Shown in pieces: positions 38,482-51,200 of a stretch of 63,971 bases of DNA. The stretch is from a virus (Duplodnaviria; Caudoviricetes), in IMG/VR virus record IMGVR_UViG_3300037608_000035, positions 1 to 63,971 of that record; one strand, given 5' to 3'. Made by a program: the position numbers and the translations under genes. Below the pieces are notes generated by a model. It did no database searches, was not told where the DNA came from, and saw nothing but the letters and a program-made list of their open reading frames with translations. The first letter of the stretch is position 1. Every line of letters begins with the position of its first letter.

Positions 38482-39708
38482 ATGAGCCTTCAGGATGCTT
38501 ATGATCGAAGTTTGGCACGGGGCCGGTTGATCTGGTCGCCGTTTCTGCACCAGCTTCCCCAGATGCTCGGGGATCAGGTCGCGGACAGGGCCGTCTATTA
38601 TGGCGTCTATTCAGGGGCCTATCTGCACGGGCACAGTTACCTCGTTGATATATCATACGAAACACTCGCGCAGATGGTCCGGGCGTTTGATCAGAACATG
38701 GCTGCGCTGACAGCGGACGAGCAGCGGGTGATCATCGACATCGCCGCGAAGCGGTATGCCCATGACCGGGATATGGCGGCGAAGGACGCGGCTCTCGACA
38801 CTAAGCGAAAGAAGGTTGATCTGAAAGCTGCCGAGGTCGATGCAAAGATGGAGGCCCTCGAAGCAGACCGGGCGGCCCTTGAAACAAAGCGGATAGAACT
38901 GTCTGTTGCGATCCGGAAGGCAAGCACCCGTGTTTTGGAGCTCCAGGGACGGATCGAAGAACAGGCCCTTGAGACTGAAACGGTCGAGGCCGAGATCGAA
39001 AAGCAACGCCTCCTCCAGAAAAGGGCAGAGCTCGACGCCCTGGAAACCGCGGTCCGGGCCTTGGAGATCCAGGCCCAGATCGCCGACGCAGCTTATCGGC
39101 TGGCCATCATTGATGCCAGAAAAGACGAACTGGGTGCTGATATTGCCCGGATCAACCTCGATGCCGTTGAGGTTGATGTCAGGAAGTCCCAGCTTACCGC
39201 TGACACCGCTCATTTGACGGTCGAAGCTGCAAAAGAGAACCTCGTTGAGTACGAATTGCAGGCCGACCGGGCAGAGAAAGAGGCGTATGCCCTTGAGACT
39301 GATATTGCTGGCCCGGCAAAGCGGGGGCTGATTGCCAGAAAAGTCGAGAACGTCCAGAGGGAAGGCGAGATCGTCACCAGCCTGGGAGAGGCCATTGAGA
39401 GCGAAAAGGCCGCCGATATGACGGCCCAGTCTGCCCGTACCGGCCTATCCATTTCCGAGCAGGAAAACCGGACTGAAGTTTACAAGATCAGGACGGCCGT
39501 GTCCGATGAAATGACGGCGTATCAGGAAGGGGCCGACCAGGCCGAAAAGACAAGAATTATGCGCTCCATCGACTACCAGGTGGCCTACGATTCAAACCGG
39601 ATCGCGGCAAACCGGATCAGGAACGAAGGCGCGGCAGAGGCAGCCGACATTATCAGGACGGCAAATATCATCAACACCTTGACGCACCAGATCGGAGGGG
39701 CTCCGTAA
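38482..39708 (+). CDS. Coiled-coil protein (possible internal/ejection protein)
   Basis: All-helical; AGGAG RBS; C-terminus resembles that of preceding gene. Confidence 0.65.
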   Translation: MSLQDAYDRSLARGRLIWSPFLHQLPQMLGDQVADRAVYYGVYSGAYLHGHSYLVDISYETLAQMVRAFDQNMAALTADEQRVIIDIAAKRYAHDRDMAAKDAALDTKRKKVDLKAAEVDAKMEALEADRAALETKRIELSVAIRKASTRVLELQGRIEEQALETETVEAEIEKQRLLQKRAELDALETAVRALEIQAQIADAAYRLAIIDARKDELGADIARINLDAVEVDVRKSQLTADTAHLTVEAAKENLVEYELQADRAEKEAYALETDIAGPAKRGLIARKVENVQREGEIVTSLGEAIESEKAADMTAQSARTGLSISEQENRTEVYKIRTAVSDEMTAYQEGADQAEKTRIMRSIDYQVAYDSNRIAANRIRNEGAAEAADIIRTANIINTLTHQIGGAP

Positions 39709-41100
39709 GTGGACACCCGCGAAGCATTAGAACGACTTCAAGAGCTGACGAGAAAATATCCCGGTGCGGTCAAGATCAATGCGAATCAGGCCGGGTCTGC
39801 CGTTGGATCTCCGGTTCAGGGTATGCAGAAGCGATTCAGGGAGCTCATCCGTCTTTGCTTTGCGGATGCGGAGCCCCATAATCAGCTCGATGGCGACCGC
39901 CTCACCGTGCTGGACGTGGCCGACTTAACGGTCCGGGGGCCTGAAGGTGGTTACGATGTGACCCTTTCCCTGCCGGTCGCTTCTGACATCTGGTATCTTG
40001 GCGTCGGGGAATCGGTGCTCCCGTTCAGAGGCGATAACTATCAGGAAAACGCGGCGATGATCCTCGGTTTTCTTTCCGCTTATCTCGTGCGGCTCGATAA
40101 CATCAAGCCTCTGAAAAGCATACAGAGCTATGAGGATATTCACACTTACATGGACTGGACCTCTTTCAGGCAGTTCTTTGAAACAGAAGCCGCGCCTCAT
40201 GTGATCAGGACCATGCGCTTTGAAACATGGATGCTCAACCGCAGCACGGAGTTTCCCTCAAAGGGGCCGAAGGCGTCGATAGAGGCCGGTGTCAGAAGCA
40301 ATCCGGCGACAAGTCTGGGGAATCTATACTGCGGGCTTCTGTCGTTCCCTGTCGGGATGATGGGGGTCATGGAAGTGCTGTCGCTGTTCTCTGAGAGCAT
40401 GGATGGTATGCTTATCAACGACATTCCATTCGCCCCGGATGTCCAGATTGAAAACCCAGAGGGTTGGCGCTGCGTGACGGAGAAGAGCCTCGACGGCCTC
40501 ATGTCACCCAAAACAGACATGAATGGAGTTTGCCCCGGCGTCCACTTACTTGAAAAGGGTTATGTGGTCGAGAGCCGGGATGCCGAATACCCGGCCCCGG
40601 AATTCGCCGGGTACGACAAGATGCTCCCGTTTCAGTCTTTCCGGTATTATCTGAGGCGTGATGCCAAGTGGCCGATCCCGGGTGAATTCATCGGATTGCT
40701 GGCAAAACCGTGGCCGTCTCATGCGTGGTGGTTCCAGGAGACCTCTCCGCTTCTCTATTCGGGGAACTGGCTTGAGACAAACTACTATACCTCTGGAATC
40801 ATAACGGAAATCTTGCAGCCCCCGGAGGGGTCCTATGGCCTGGTTTACAAATGCGTCGTGCGCGGGATCGAGCTCTATATTGCCGCCTCAGATTTCTACG
40901 GGTTTGCGGTTGGCGACAGGGTCGCCATCATCCGGATCAACGATCTTGGACGCTTTACGGACCCCGTGAAGGGAAACTTTAAGTGGAAGGAAATGGAAGA
41001 TTTGATCGCACGAAAGAAGCTGGAGTCGGAAACTCCGAGCAATCTTCCCTATGTTACACATCCCGGCATGATGATCGTGCCGATGTCATTCTATCAATAA
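39709..41100 (+). CDS. Hypothetical protein
   Basis: GTG start abutting previous stop, GGAGG RBS; 463 aa. Confidence 0.7.
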   Translation: MDTREALERLQELTRKYPGAVKINANQAGSAVGSPVQGMQKRFRELIRLCFADAEPHNQLDGDRLTVLDVADLTVRGPEGGYDVTLSLPVASDIWYLGVGESVLPFRGDNYQENAAMILGFLSAYLVRLDNIKPLKSIQSYEDIHTYMDWTSFRQFFETEAAPHVIRTMRFETWMLNRSTEFPSKGPKASIEAGVRSNPATSLGNLYCGLLSFPVGMMGVMEVLSLFSESMDGMLINDIPFAPDVQIENPEGWRCVTEKSLDGLMSPKTDMNGVCPGVHLLEKGYVVESRDAEYPAPEFAGYDKMLPFQSFRYYLRRDAKWPIPGEFIGLLAKPWPSHAWWFQETSPLLYSGNWLETNYYTSGIITEILQPPEGSYGLVYKCVVRGIELYIAASDFYGFAVGDRVAIIRINDLGRFTDPVKGNFKWKEMEDLIARKKLESETPSNLPYVTHPGMMIVPMSFYQ

Positions 41101-41112
41101 AGGAGGCACACC

Positions 41113-42228
41113 ATGAATTTAGATGATCTGTTGGGTAGGTTGATCCCCTTGTTTGAAAAGAAGCTGGAGCTCGGCATGAAGCTGGCCGAGGCTGCAAGCG
41201 AACGCGAAAAAGAAAAGCTCAACATTGAGCAGCAAAGGGTTACGCAGGAATATGCGAAGATGGAAAGCCTCGCCAAAGAGAAGGGGCTCGACCGGGCGTG
41301 GGAAGAACGGAAATTGGAGCTTTCCATCAAGGGCAATTACAAGCAGCAGGAACTCGTGAACGCCGGTCACTATAATGTGGAACAGGCAAAGCAGATCGGT
41401 GATATGCAGCGCGAGGTCCTCAAGCAGCAGGGAAAGACTCAGGAGGAGAAATTCAAGGCATGGGTCGAATTCGGGAAGCAGGGGCTGGAGACAAAGATTA
41501 AGAACGCCGATGGGACGGAAACCATCATAGGCGGGCCGGGGTCAAAGATAGCACAGGACACCGCGGCTCGACTGGGGCGTGACCTGGGGATGATCCCGGC
41601 AGAACCCACAGCAGCGTCAACCTACAAGGGCAACCCCCGCGATACCGCCAAGGTGATCAGCGACTTTTACAAGGCCGGGGATGTCGCGGGCGCGAAGGCT
41701 TATGTCTCCGGCCTTGACCCGGCGCACAGAGCGGAAGCGCTTGGCTTTCTGTCCGTAGAGGACAAAACCAAAGCAGCCGGAGCACCAGCCCCGGCGGCGG
41801 CTCCGGCACCCGCAGCACCCGTGGTGGCGGCTACCCCAGTACCGGCTCCGGCAGCTCCAGTTGATGAGGCGGGCTATCCGTCCAGGCCGCTATCGGACAG
41901 TCTTATGCACAGACCGAACCTCGGCCCAGTCCCAGCACCGGCTGCCGTCGTTGCAGATTCTTCCGGGATCATTACCGATCCGAGGATGGTAACAAGGCCA
42001 GCTATTCTACCGCAGGCACCTGTTGCCCCGGCGGCCCCTGTTTTAGCGGCTCCGCCACAGCCGACCCCCCCGACACGGCCGAAGAGCATGTCGGCAATGC
42101 CAGGCACCTTTTCAACGCCGGCCACAAGCCCGGTCAGGCAGCCCGTGGCCCCCGCAGAAACCCCGGCGCAAAGGAAAAAGCGGCTGGAGAATGAGGCAAG
42201 GTTGAATCAGTCAAGTTTCGGTGGTTAA
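41113..42228 (+). CDS. Putative internal virion/ejection protein with Pro/Ala-rich C-terminus
   Basis: AAGGAGG RBS; helical N-terminus; precedes DarB-like gene. Confidence 0.65.
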   Translation: MNLDDLLGRLIPLFEKKLELGMKLAEAASEREKEKLNIEQQRVTQEYAKMESLAKEKGLDRAWEERKLELSIKGNYKQQELVNAGHYNVEQAKQIGDMQREVLKQQGKTQEEKFKAWVEFGKQGLETKIKNADGTETIIGGPGSKIAQDTAARLGRDLGMIPAEPTAASTYKGNPRDTAKVISDFYKAGDVAGAKAYVSGLDPAHRAEALGFLSVEDKTKAAGAPAPAAAPAPAAPVVAATPVPAPAAPVDEAGYPSRPLSDSLMHRPNLGPVPAPAAVVADSSGIITDPRMVTRPAILPQAPVAPAAPVLAAPPQPTPPTRPKSMSAMPGTFSTPATSPVRQPVAPAETPAQRKKRLENEARLNQSSFGG

Positions 42229-42241
42229 AGGAGTTATGTAA

Positions 42242-45200
42242 ATGGACGAGACAACGCGCAGCCCGATGACCGTATCAAAGTCTTTCTTTGAGGACATCAC
42301 GAAGGACGTTCCCTCTCCCGTCTCGAAGGATTTTCTTGACGCTATTTCAGCACCATCGGAACCCGCCCCAGCACCGGCAGCATCGGCCCGCTATGAAATG
42401 GCCGCTCCGGGGGATATAGCGGAAGCTGTCGGATCTGTCCTGGAGGTGCCTTTCAGGGCTCCCTTGCAGATCGCCGGATCAGTCGCGAGCGCGATCAGAG
42501 GCGGGGATAAGGCAGCCATAGCCGATAAAGATTCTTTTCTGACAAAGATCATTGATACGGCAAACAAGGACGCAGAAGAGTATCAGCAGAAGTACGCAAA
42601 TAACCGCGTTGTTCTTGCTCCCCTGTCCCTATTGGGGGCACCTGACGACATTACGACTCAAACCCTTACACGCTTCCCCCAGCAAGCTGCCTTTTCAGCG
42701 GTAAGCGCGGGGGCTGGTCTCGCGGCTGGTCTTGGTACGGCCGCGGCGACGACCCTTGCCGGGGCTCCGCTTGCTGCACCATTCACGGGGCGGGCGGCCG
42801 GTATGGCGGCCTCCGGCGGGGCAGCTTACCGGATGCAGAAAGATAACTCAGCGAAGGAACTCTTTGAAAAACTGAATGAGAGCAGCATGAAAGCGGCTGG
42901 CCGGGCCATGACGCCGGAGGAGTGGAGCACCGCCTATGACAGGAACGAGGGACACCTGATCGAGCAGGGCATCTCAGAAGCCATTCCAGAAGCCATCGGG
43001 AACCTCCTCGGCTTCGAGCTATTCTTCGGAGTGGCCAAGAATGTGTTTGGAAAGCAGCTCGCGAAGTCCGTCATCGGGAAATCTCTCGATAAGTATGGCG
43101 CAGCGGCGGTCGGCAAGTTTATGGCCATACAGGCAGAAGAGCAGCTCACAGAGACATGGACCCAGCAATGGCAGCACAATATCGACGTGGAAATGGGCCT
43201 GAAGCCTGGAGAAACGAAGCGGTCATGGACCAGCTTTGACGACCTCGCGCAGTCCAACAAGGAAGTGTTTGCCGACATCTTCCTGCTTACTGCGGTGATG
43301 GGCGGCGGCGCTCATGTGACCGGGCGCGTCATGGATAAGGTGAATGAAAACAAGGCGGCCCAGCTCGTTAAAGATACGGTGAAGGAAAACAAGCTGGAGT
43401 CCATTCCGAACGAGTTCCTGCCGTCCATCTATCAGCACGCCCTGGATCTCTCGACCAAGAGACCGGCCGACAAGGACTTGGCCACGGCCTCTGAGGCTTT
43501 CACGAAGGAAATGGACCGTCGCGGCATTGATTATGACATGACGGCAAAGTTTTCCGAATACCTGAAGCTGGATGAGAAAATTCGGGGCGACGAATCAACC
43601 GGGGAGGATGTGGCAAAATGGGCCTCGCTGAGGGATGAATTCAAGGAAAAGAACATCAGCCCCGACCTTTATAAGGGATATTTGGAATATCAAGCGGACA
43701 TCAACAAAGCCAGGAAGTTGTACGGCAAGGAGTCTGAGCCGGAGCGGAAAGAGTTTAACCGGCTGGTTGACAGGATTGCAGCCAAGGCTCAATGGCTGGG
43801 CCTTCCTGAAGAGGCACTTGATAAGACAGGTATAGAGAAGGGGGGCGTCGTTCGGAAGCCTCTGGAGCCCAAAAAAGGCGCGGCGCGGGATATTCTGACC
43901 GAGGGTGAGCCCGCCGTCCGGAAGAACCTCGTCACGGCAAAAGACATTTTGACCGAGGGTGACATCAACATTCAGTCCGAAGAGGACTTGACCCCTGAGA
44001 ATCTGGCCGCGATTGACAAGAAACTGGAGATCGCAGGCACAGGTGGTAAGAGAGGCCCGGAAGGCGGGGGTGATGTTTTCAGCCGGATGCCAGATGATAC
44101 ATTGCGGGGAATGGCTGATCAGGGCGTCGCGGGGGCAAAAGCTGAGCTCAAGAGAAGGGCGGCAGCTCCCGACGACAAGGTGCTGGACCTCACCGGAGCG
44201 CCGGGGACCGAAAAGCCAGCCGATTTACTCCCCTCGATAGTCGCTGGGGAATCGGACTCCTTTGAATTCCCGGAACATTTTACTCCGCAGGACATGGGTG
44301 ATCTATGGGATGACCTATACACCGCCAGCGAGGAAATCGCCCAGAGGAACAAGCCGAAGATCGACGCCCTGAAAGAAGAGAGAAAGAAGCTGGGGAGGGA
44401 TGAGGCGGCGAAGGCTCGCAAAAAGGCGATTGATGAGGAGATCGGAACGCTGGAGTCCGAGTCTCAATTTGTCTCCTATCATGCTGAGAACGCCTTCCAG
44501 GCGGCGCACGATAAAGTCACCAAGGCGGTGGTAGCCGGGTTAAAGAAAGAGGGCATCGAGCTCAGCGAGGACGAAATAACCGATCTGCCCGATACCATTA
44601 CGATGCTACAAGACGGCCGCCAGAATCCGGAGGGATGGAACAAGCCCCTGATTCAACAGGCGGTCGAATATATCAAGGGGGAGCGGGAAGAGGGAGCGCC
44701 GAGAGGAGCGGAAAAGTCGGCCAAGCAGGAATCAGACGAAGCGGTCGCGAAATACCGGAAAGAGGGGCATGACATCAATGATAACGGCGTTTACAACAAC
44801 CCCGAAAAGATTGTTGTTCCCTTCAGTAAGGCGGCCAAGCGCACAGGGGAGATAAAAATAGCAGCAGCCCCTGATGGTTTCCACCTTGGCGTTAGCATTC
44901 ACAAGAATTACGGTGATTCTGAGGGCATGGGATACGCTCCGGCGATTGGCCAACAGATATACGCAACACGGGATGAGGCGATTAAAGCAGGGATCGCCGT
45001 AATCAAGGGGCGCACAAAAGACGTTGACCCCCAGGGGAAGGCCGCCATCAAGGACATTGAGAATTTCGAGAAGGGACTGCCCAAGGAGATCAAGGCTGCC
45101 GGTACTGGGGGCAAGCGCGGGCCGACCGAAAAGGTCGAGGAGAAGAAAAAAGAGACCAAGCCAGAGGAAAAAGAGGCCGACGGGAAGGCTGCCAAGGCCA

Positions 45201-48200
45201 AAGAAGAAGCTGAAGCCAAGGCAAAAGAGGAGGAGAAAAAGGCCCGGGCAGTAAAGAAGTATCTGCTCGAACACATTGACGAGGCTATCGAGACACGGAG
45301 AGCATACGAGAAAAAGGGGATGTACGAGGGCGAAGAGTCTCCCATGTACGTCATTATTGACGTTCCTCTGGATGGGAAATTTAAGATTCTCAACACCGTT
45401 GAATACTTGGAGAACTTCAAAAAGAAGGTCGCCCAGTTAAAGGTCACGGCGGCGCTGAATAAACTCCCACAGCACTCCGGCAAGCCCGTGGGCAAGTCCA
45501 CGGACCAGATTACAAAAGAAGCCGAGGCTGAGGTCAAGAGCTATTGGGATAAGCGGGCCGAAATAAAGGAGAGGTACGAATCCATCCCTGACCAGATCTC
45601 CGCTGCGGAGAAGCGGGTCGCCAAATATCAGGAGATTATTCGCCAGCTCGACAATAAAGAGATCACGCTTAAACAGCTTGGTGAGCGAGCGAAGGCCGCC
45701 TCAGACGCAGACAACGCAGACACCGACGCATGGAGGGATAGCTGGTTCGGCAAGACACCTACTTATAACGATGTCACGGAACGGCTAAGGAATATCGAGA
45801 AGCAAGTCCGCGAGCTCAAGGAAAGTGGTCCGGAAATCGAAGCCCAAATGAAGGAACTCTTTCCCGGCCTCTGGAAAGAAATGTTTGGAGAAGGGGCGGC
45901 GAAGACAACCCCTGAGATCCCGCCCCATTCTGTCACAAAAGTCAAGTCTGCCCAGGTTGGTGACAATTATATCGCTACGGTGAGCGAAGGCCCACACAAG
46001 GGCGTTATCGGGACGAGCCCGCACTCTAAAGAGCAAGCTGTTGATGATATGATGCGGGCGATTAAGAGGCGTGAAGAAACGGGAACGAAAAACCTGCCCG
46101 ACGAAGAAGAGATCAAGGCGGCGGGGACCGGTGGGAAGAGGGGGCCGGTAGGCGAAGCGGAACCGCGCACCCCGCGGGTCATGGGCCGCGAGGCGTTTCT
46201 GTCGGGTGATCAGCGCGTTGCCCCGGCTGGCCTGGATGCGGAGAATAAAAAAGAATGGTATCGCGGGTGGGATGCGGCAAACCTCGAAACCCCGGAAACA
46301 AAAGCCGACATCCTGAAGGAGATCTCCGAGATTTCCGATGATGAGCTGGACGCGCTGCTCGACATGCCGGAGAAGAAAGAGACACCCCCGAAGACGACAA
46401 ACGAAGCCGTCAAGAACATCTTTGCCGCTGCCAGGGATAAACAAAAGGGCAATATCCCGTCAGCGCAACCCAAGGCTCTCGACGACATCCTGGCCGATGT
46501 CGCCAAGGAGGGGGTCGAAGGCGCAGGAGAAGCCCTGAAGGGTCTTTATGAACTGTTCGGTGGGGCGTCCCTGAAGTCTTTCCCCGGTGGGTTTGATGAG
46601 GACACCTACCTGAAAGCGAAGCCCCACTTTGAGGCGGCGCTTGATCATTTCATAAAGGTGGGGAAGGGGCTTCGGGAGTTTGCCGCGACCATCGTGGTTC
46701 AGTTCGGCGATGCGATCCGGCCATACCTCAAACAGTTCCTGAAAGACAGGAGGGATGGGGTCACGGAAGAAAAGGCTGACGAAGAGGGTGAGGTAATCGA
46801 CCTTGACGAGAACACCGGGAAGGGGGAGGGGGGAGCCCGGACGCGCCGGAAGCTGACCGACCAGGAGAAAGCCGAGAAAAAGGCCAAGGAGGAGGCCGCC
46901 GAAGAAAAGAAGGCCCGGAAGGCCGCGATGGGCGAATTCAAGAACGTCGGCTATGTCTATGATCCGGAGAAATTGAATCAGAAGATAAAGGATAAACCAC
47001 CCAAGTCCGCGGCGAAGATCATCCTCGACGAAATGGTCCCTGGGAAATTATGGGCGATTGACTTTCCCGAAGGCGCGACGCCGGGTGTCGTCCGGGTAAA
47101 GGATCAAATACAAAAGTATCTCCTGACGTTCAAAGAACACCTTGCCGAAGACCGGGACCGGCTGCGCTATGTGTCCGGCAAAACTATAGAAGATAAGATC
47201 GAACACTGGCTCAGGTTCCGTGACGGCTCTATCGACATGCTCAAGGAATGGGCGAGCGATTACGGGAAGACCATTCAGCCCTTCATTGATTGCTTTAACG
47301 GGCAGGCAAGCATCACGAATGTTATTTTTCGGTTACAGGATACCGTGCTGTTTGGAGCCCGAAAAGAAGATGGAACCTTCCCTTCGTATGGAGATCGACC
47401 AAACAATTTCCACGGTATTGTGACCAACCGCAATTATGTTGATAGGCCGCACAGTCTTTATACTTTCCTGACCGACTCCTGGCAGCGGCTACTGGCCGAT
47501 GAGAATGACATCCTGCTTTCGGAGATCGACATCAACAAACGCGGGCGCAACAAGATGGTGGTTCGCTCCGGCCTTCCCGATTACCGGGAGGGTGTCGAGC
47601 TGAAAAAGACCGAGGACTTTCAGGCACCTTTCGGATTCAAGGGCGTCGGCTTCGGAGAAGAGGGATGGATCAACCAGGAAGAGCGCAACCGCGTCATCCC
47701 GGCGGCGTATGATGCCTTCAAGGATCTGGCGGCAACCATCGGCGCACCCGATAACGGCATGAGCCTGGGCGGCGACCTGGCCGTGCAGTTTGCTAATTTG
47801 GGGCACAAGGCAAAGGGCGCGGCTGCGGCATACTTCCCCACTGTCCAAACGATCAACTTCACCCGTGACAATGGCGACGGAACTATGGCCCACGAATGGG
47901 GTCACGGGCTTCACGATCTGGCCTCTGCGGATGCAAAAGCAGAAATAAACGCTGTTATCGAAACATTCTACCATGTCTATGACTTCGATGCCGGGACCCG
48001 CCTGGTGGATGATCTGCTCGCAAAGGATTCCATGTTTCTCAAGCGGATGGTCTCCAATAAAAAACAGGTGCGGATCGAGGCGGTAAAGAACGAGGTAACG
48101 GATAGGTTCGAGGATACAGTAAGGAAAAAAACCGATTACTATAACACCGCAGTGCAGATGGATGCGGACTACACCGCCCGGAAACAGGAGATGTGGGCCA

Positions 48201-51200
48201 GGGCGTTCGAGGCGTACATCTACGATACATTGCCCGGCAAGAACAATTACCTGGTCAACGATTTCGTCGCTGCCGGAAGGGTAGGCGGCAAGGCCGGTGT
48301 CGGGACAAGGCTGGTATATCCTGCGGGAAAGGAACGCGAGACGTTCAATGCGACCATCAAACACCTGCTTGACGGTCTGGTTTGGGATGAGTCCGGGAAG
48401 CCGTCCCTCAAGGATGATTACGTCCCCATTGAAAAGGCTCACGAATTGCTGCTTCAGCTCCAGTTGAGATACCTTTTGGAACAGGTGGAGGCGCGATATA
48501 CGGCGATCTGGGCGTCCGAACCATCAAAGGATGGTTATTTCTGGTATCGTTATGACGAGACATCATTCGGACCGATGATGCAGCCGGACGGGTATGAAGG
48601 ATATGACAAAGCATTCACGTCGGAAGGGCAGAACGGCTCCGGGGCGGTTTGTTACTTGACACAACTGCATCCTGATGATATATTAGATTACAAGCTGACG
48701 AATATCCAGTACGAGGGTGAAAACCCGACTTACATCTCCAAGGAAAGGGGTGGTATCAATGGGGGTCTTTCAAGCGAAGGCGAAGAAGCACTGGAAGGAG
48801 AAACTGCCAAGCCTGACCGCAGCCCTGATGAAGAAGGGGACATTCGATCAGGAGACCGAGAGGGCGGCGAAGATGGCGAAGGCGGAACTTTCGTCCCTGG
48901 TAAACAGAGGGGCGCAGTACAACGCGGCGATGGAGATAGTGCTGAAGGAGTACATACTTCTCCCGCCGGAAACTACCGAATAACCGATCCCACCTTAAAC
49001 GATCCGAAATCAGTACCCGTCCGGTTCAGTCTTAATTTATCTGCTGTCAAATTACTCAATCTCATAGAATCAGAAGACAGATTGGCTTCGTCCGGAACAG
49101 TCTCGTTCGGGGAAGCTCCTCCCGGCGGATGGACAGAAGCCGATAAGGTTCCTGAAAACCAACGAACGATCAAGGCGTCAATAAACGAAAAAGACATCCT
49201 GGCTCAGTATAGCGGTTGGGGCGGCATGTCGGAGCTGTTTGCCTATGAACCCACTGCTGCATGGGCGGGCAAGGCAGAACTTCTCAAGGCCGAGCTCACT
49301 GATGCCGAGCTGCGGGATGCAGCATCATCGTCAACCTCTTCCTATTATACCCCCGTTCCTGTCGGTCAATTCATGTGGAAGCTGGCGCAACGCCTTGGTT
49401 TCACGAATGGTGTCGTGCTGGACCCGGCGACCGGAGCAAACGGCCTGTTTCTTGGGACTATGCCAGCGGACCTTGCACATGGGACGGCGTTGCAGGGAAT
49501 CGAAATGGACACCCTGAGTGCCCGCATTGCCTCGAAGCTGTACGGGCTGGCCTCCATCGAGAACAAGGCATTCCAGGACGTGAAAAAGCCGAACAACCGG
49601 TATGACCTGACCATCACCAATGTCCCGTTCGAGAGAATTACGCCGACTGATCTGAAGCACAACAAGGGCGGGCATAGCCTCCACAACTATTTCATCAACA
49701 AGATGCTCAACCTGACGGCTCCGGGCGCGTTGAGCATGATGATCACCACGTCAAACACGCTGGATACCGTTGGCGCACACCTGACAGAATACGCAGAGAA
49801 GGCGCACTTTGTGGGTGCGATCCGATTGCCTTCGGGCATTTACAGCGCCACGAAAGTAGCGACGGACATCCTTGTGTTCCGAAAGAAAATAGAGGGTGGC
49901 AAGTTCACGGGCATCCCCGTCGAGGAATGGACGACCGCGGGTGAGGATGAATCAACCGGACTGACTATCAATAATTACTTCCTCAAACATCCGGAGATGG
50001 TTGCCGGGAAACTGGAAAAAATCACCGGAAGATTCGGGAACGAGGGTCTGCGGGTAGTCGGCGAGGGCGATTTGCAGGCCAACCTGGAGAGGATCGCCGC
50101 CGCATTTCCGGATAAGATCGTTGAACGCGAGGCAGTCAAAGAAGCCAGGTCGATTGATGACATTATTTCAGCGCCCGGAACCGTCAAAGAGGGCGGCGCA
50201 TACATCAATGATAAGGGCGAGGTCTGTGAGAAGATTGATGGTGAGGAAGTAAAACTACCAGTCGCAACGGCCAGCGAACAGAAGAAGGCCGCGATTGCCC
50301 GTGGGTATGTCAATATTCTGGATCAAGTGCGGGCAACGCTGAGGGCGCAAAAGACTGAGACGGATGACGCGGTTGTCAAGGCAGAACAGGCCAAACTCAA
50401 AAAGTATTACGATCACTTCGTCAAGAAGTTCGGTCCGGTCAACGACCCGAAGAACCATGACGTGTATGTCGATTATACTGATTCCGCCTGGGTTATCGCC
50501 CTGGAAGAGTATGACCCGGATACGGGCAAAGTCACCAAGATCGCGGACATCTTCACCAAAAACATCACCGGCATAGCCTCTCGCCCGAACAGCGCGGATA
50601 CCGACCATGACGCCCTGGCGATGGCCCTGGACGAGTTCGGGTATCCCAACCTTGAGTACATGGCGCGGCTGCGAAATTCGGATGTCGAGTCTGTCGCAAG
50701 AGGCGTTGCCGATAAGATCATCGAGAACCCTGAGACCGGATTCCTTGAGACAATGGATGAATACCTGTCCGGCAACGTGAAGCGAAAGCTGGCCGTCGCC
50801 AGGGACATGGCGCAGTCCAACCCTGAATATGCCCGCAATGTGTCCCTGCTTGAGGCGGCGCAACCGCCGGAGATCCCCCAGCACAGAATTACCGCCCGCA
50901 TCGGCGCGTCGTGGATCAGCCCCGAGCACCTGGCGGAGTTTGTGGGAGACAAGATGGGACTGCGGAACCTCCACGCAGTCTTTAATTTCAGCCCGGTTAG
51001 CAATGAGTGGTCCATGTCGTTCCGCGGGAAGGAGCAATACCGTGGCTACAGTAAGGGGTTCGGAGAAAACAAGGCCGAAGTGCAGCGGCAGATAGCTGCG
51101 GCAAAGCGGAGCATTGAGGCGACGACGGTATGGGGCACCGAGCGCATGGATTTCTTTGAGCTCATGAAGTGCGCTCTGATGGGGAAGCGCCCGCAAGTCA

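Noticed and set aside
45509-45537. Second antisense promoter in the giant gene
   Set aside because: The -10 (TGTAAT) lacks the conserved A and I saw no structured RNA downstream.
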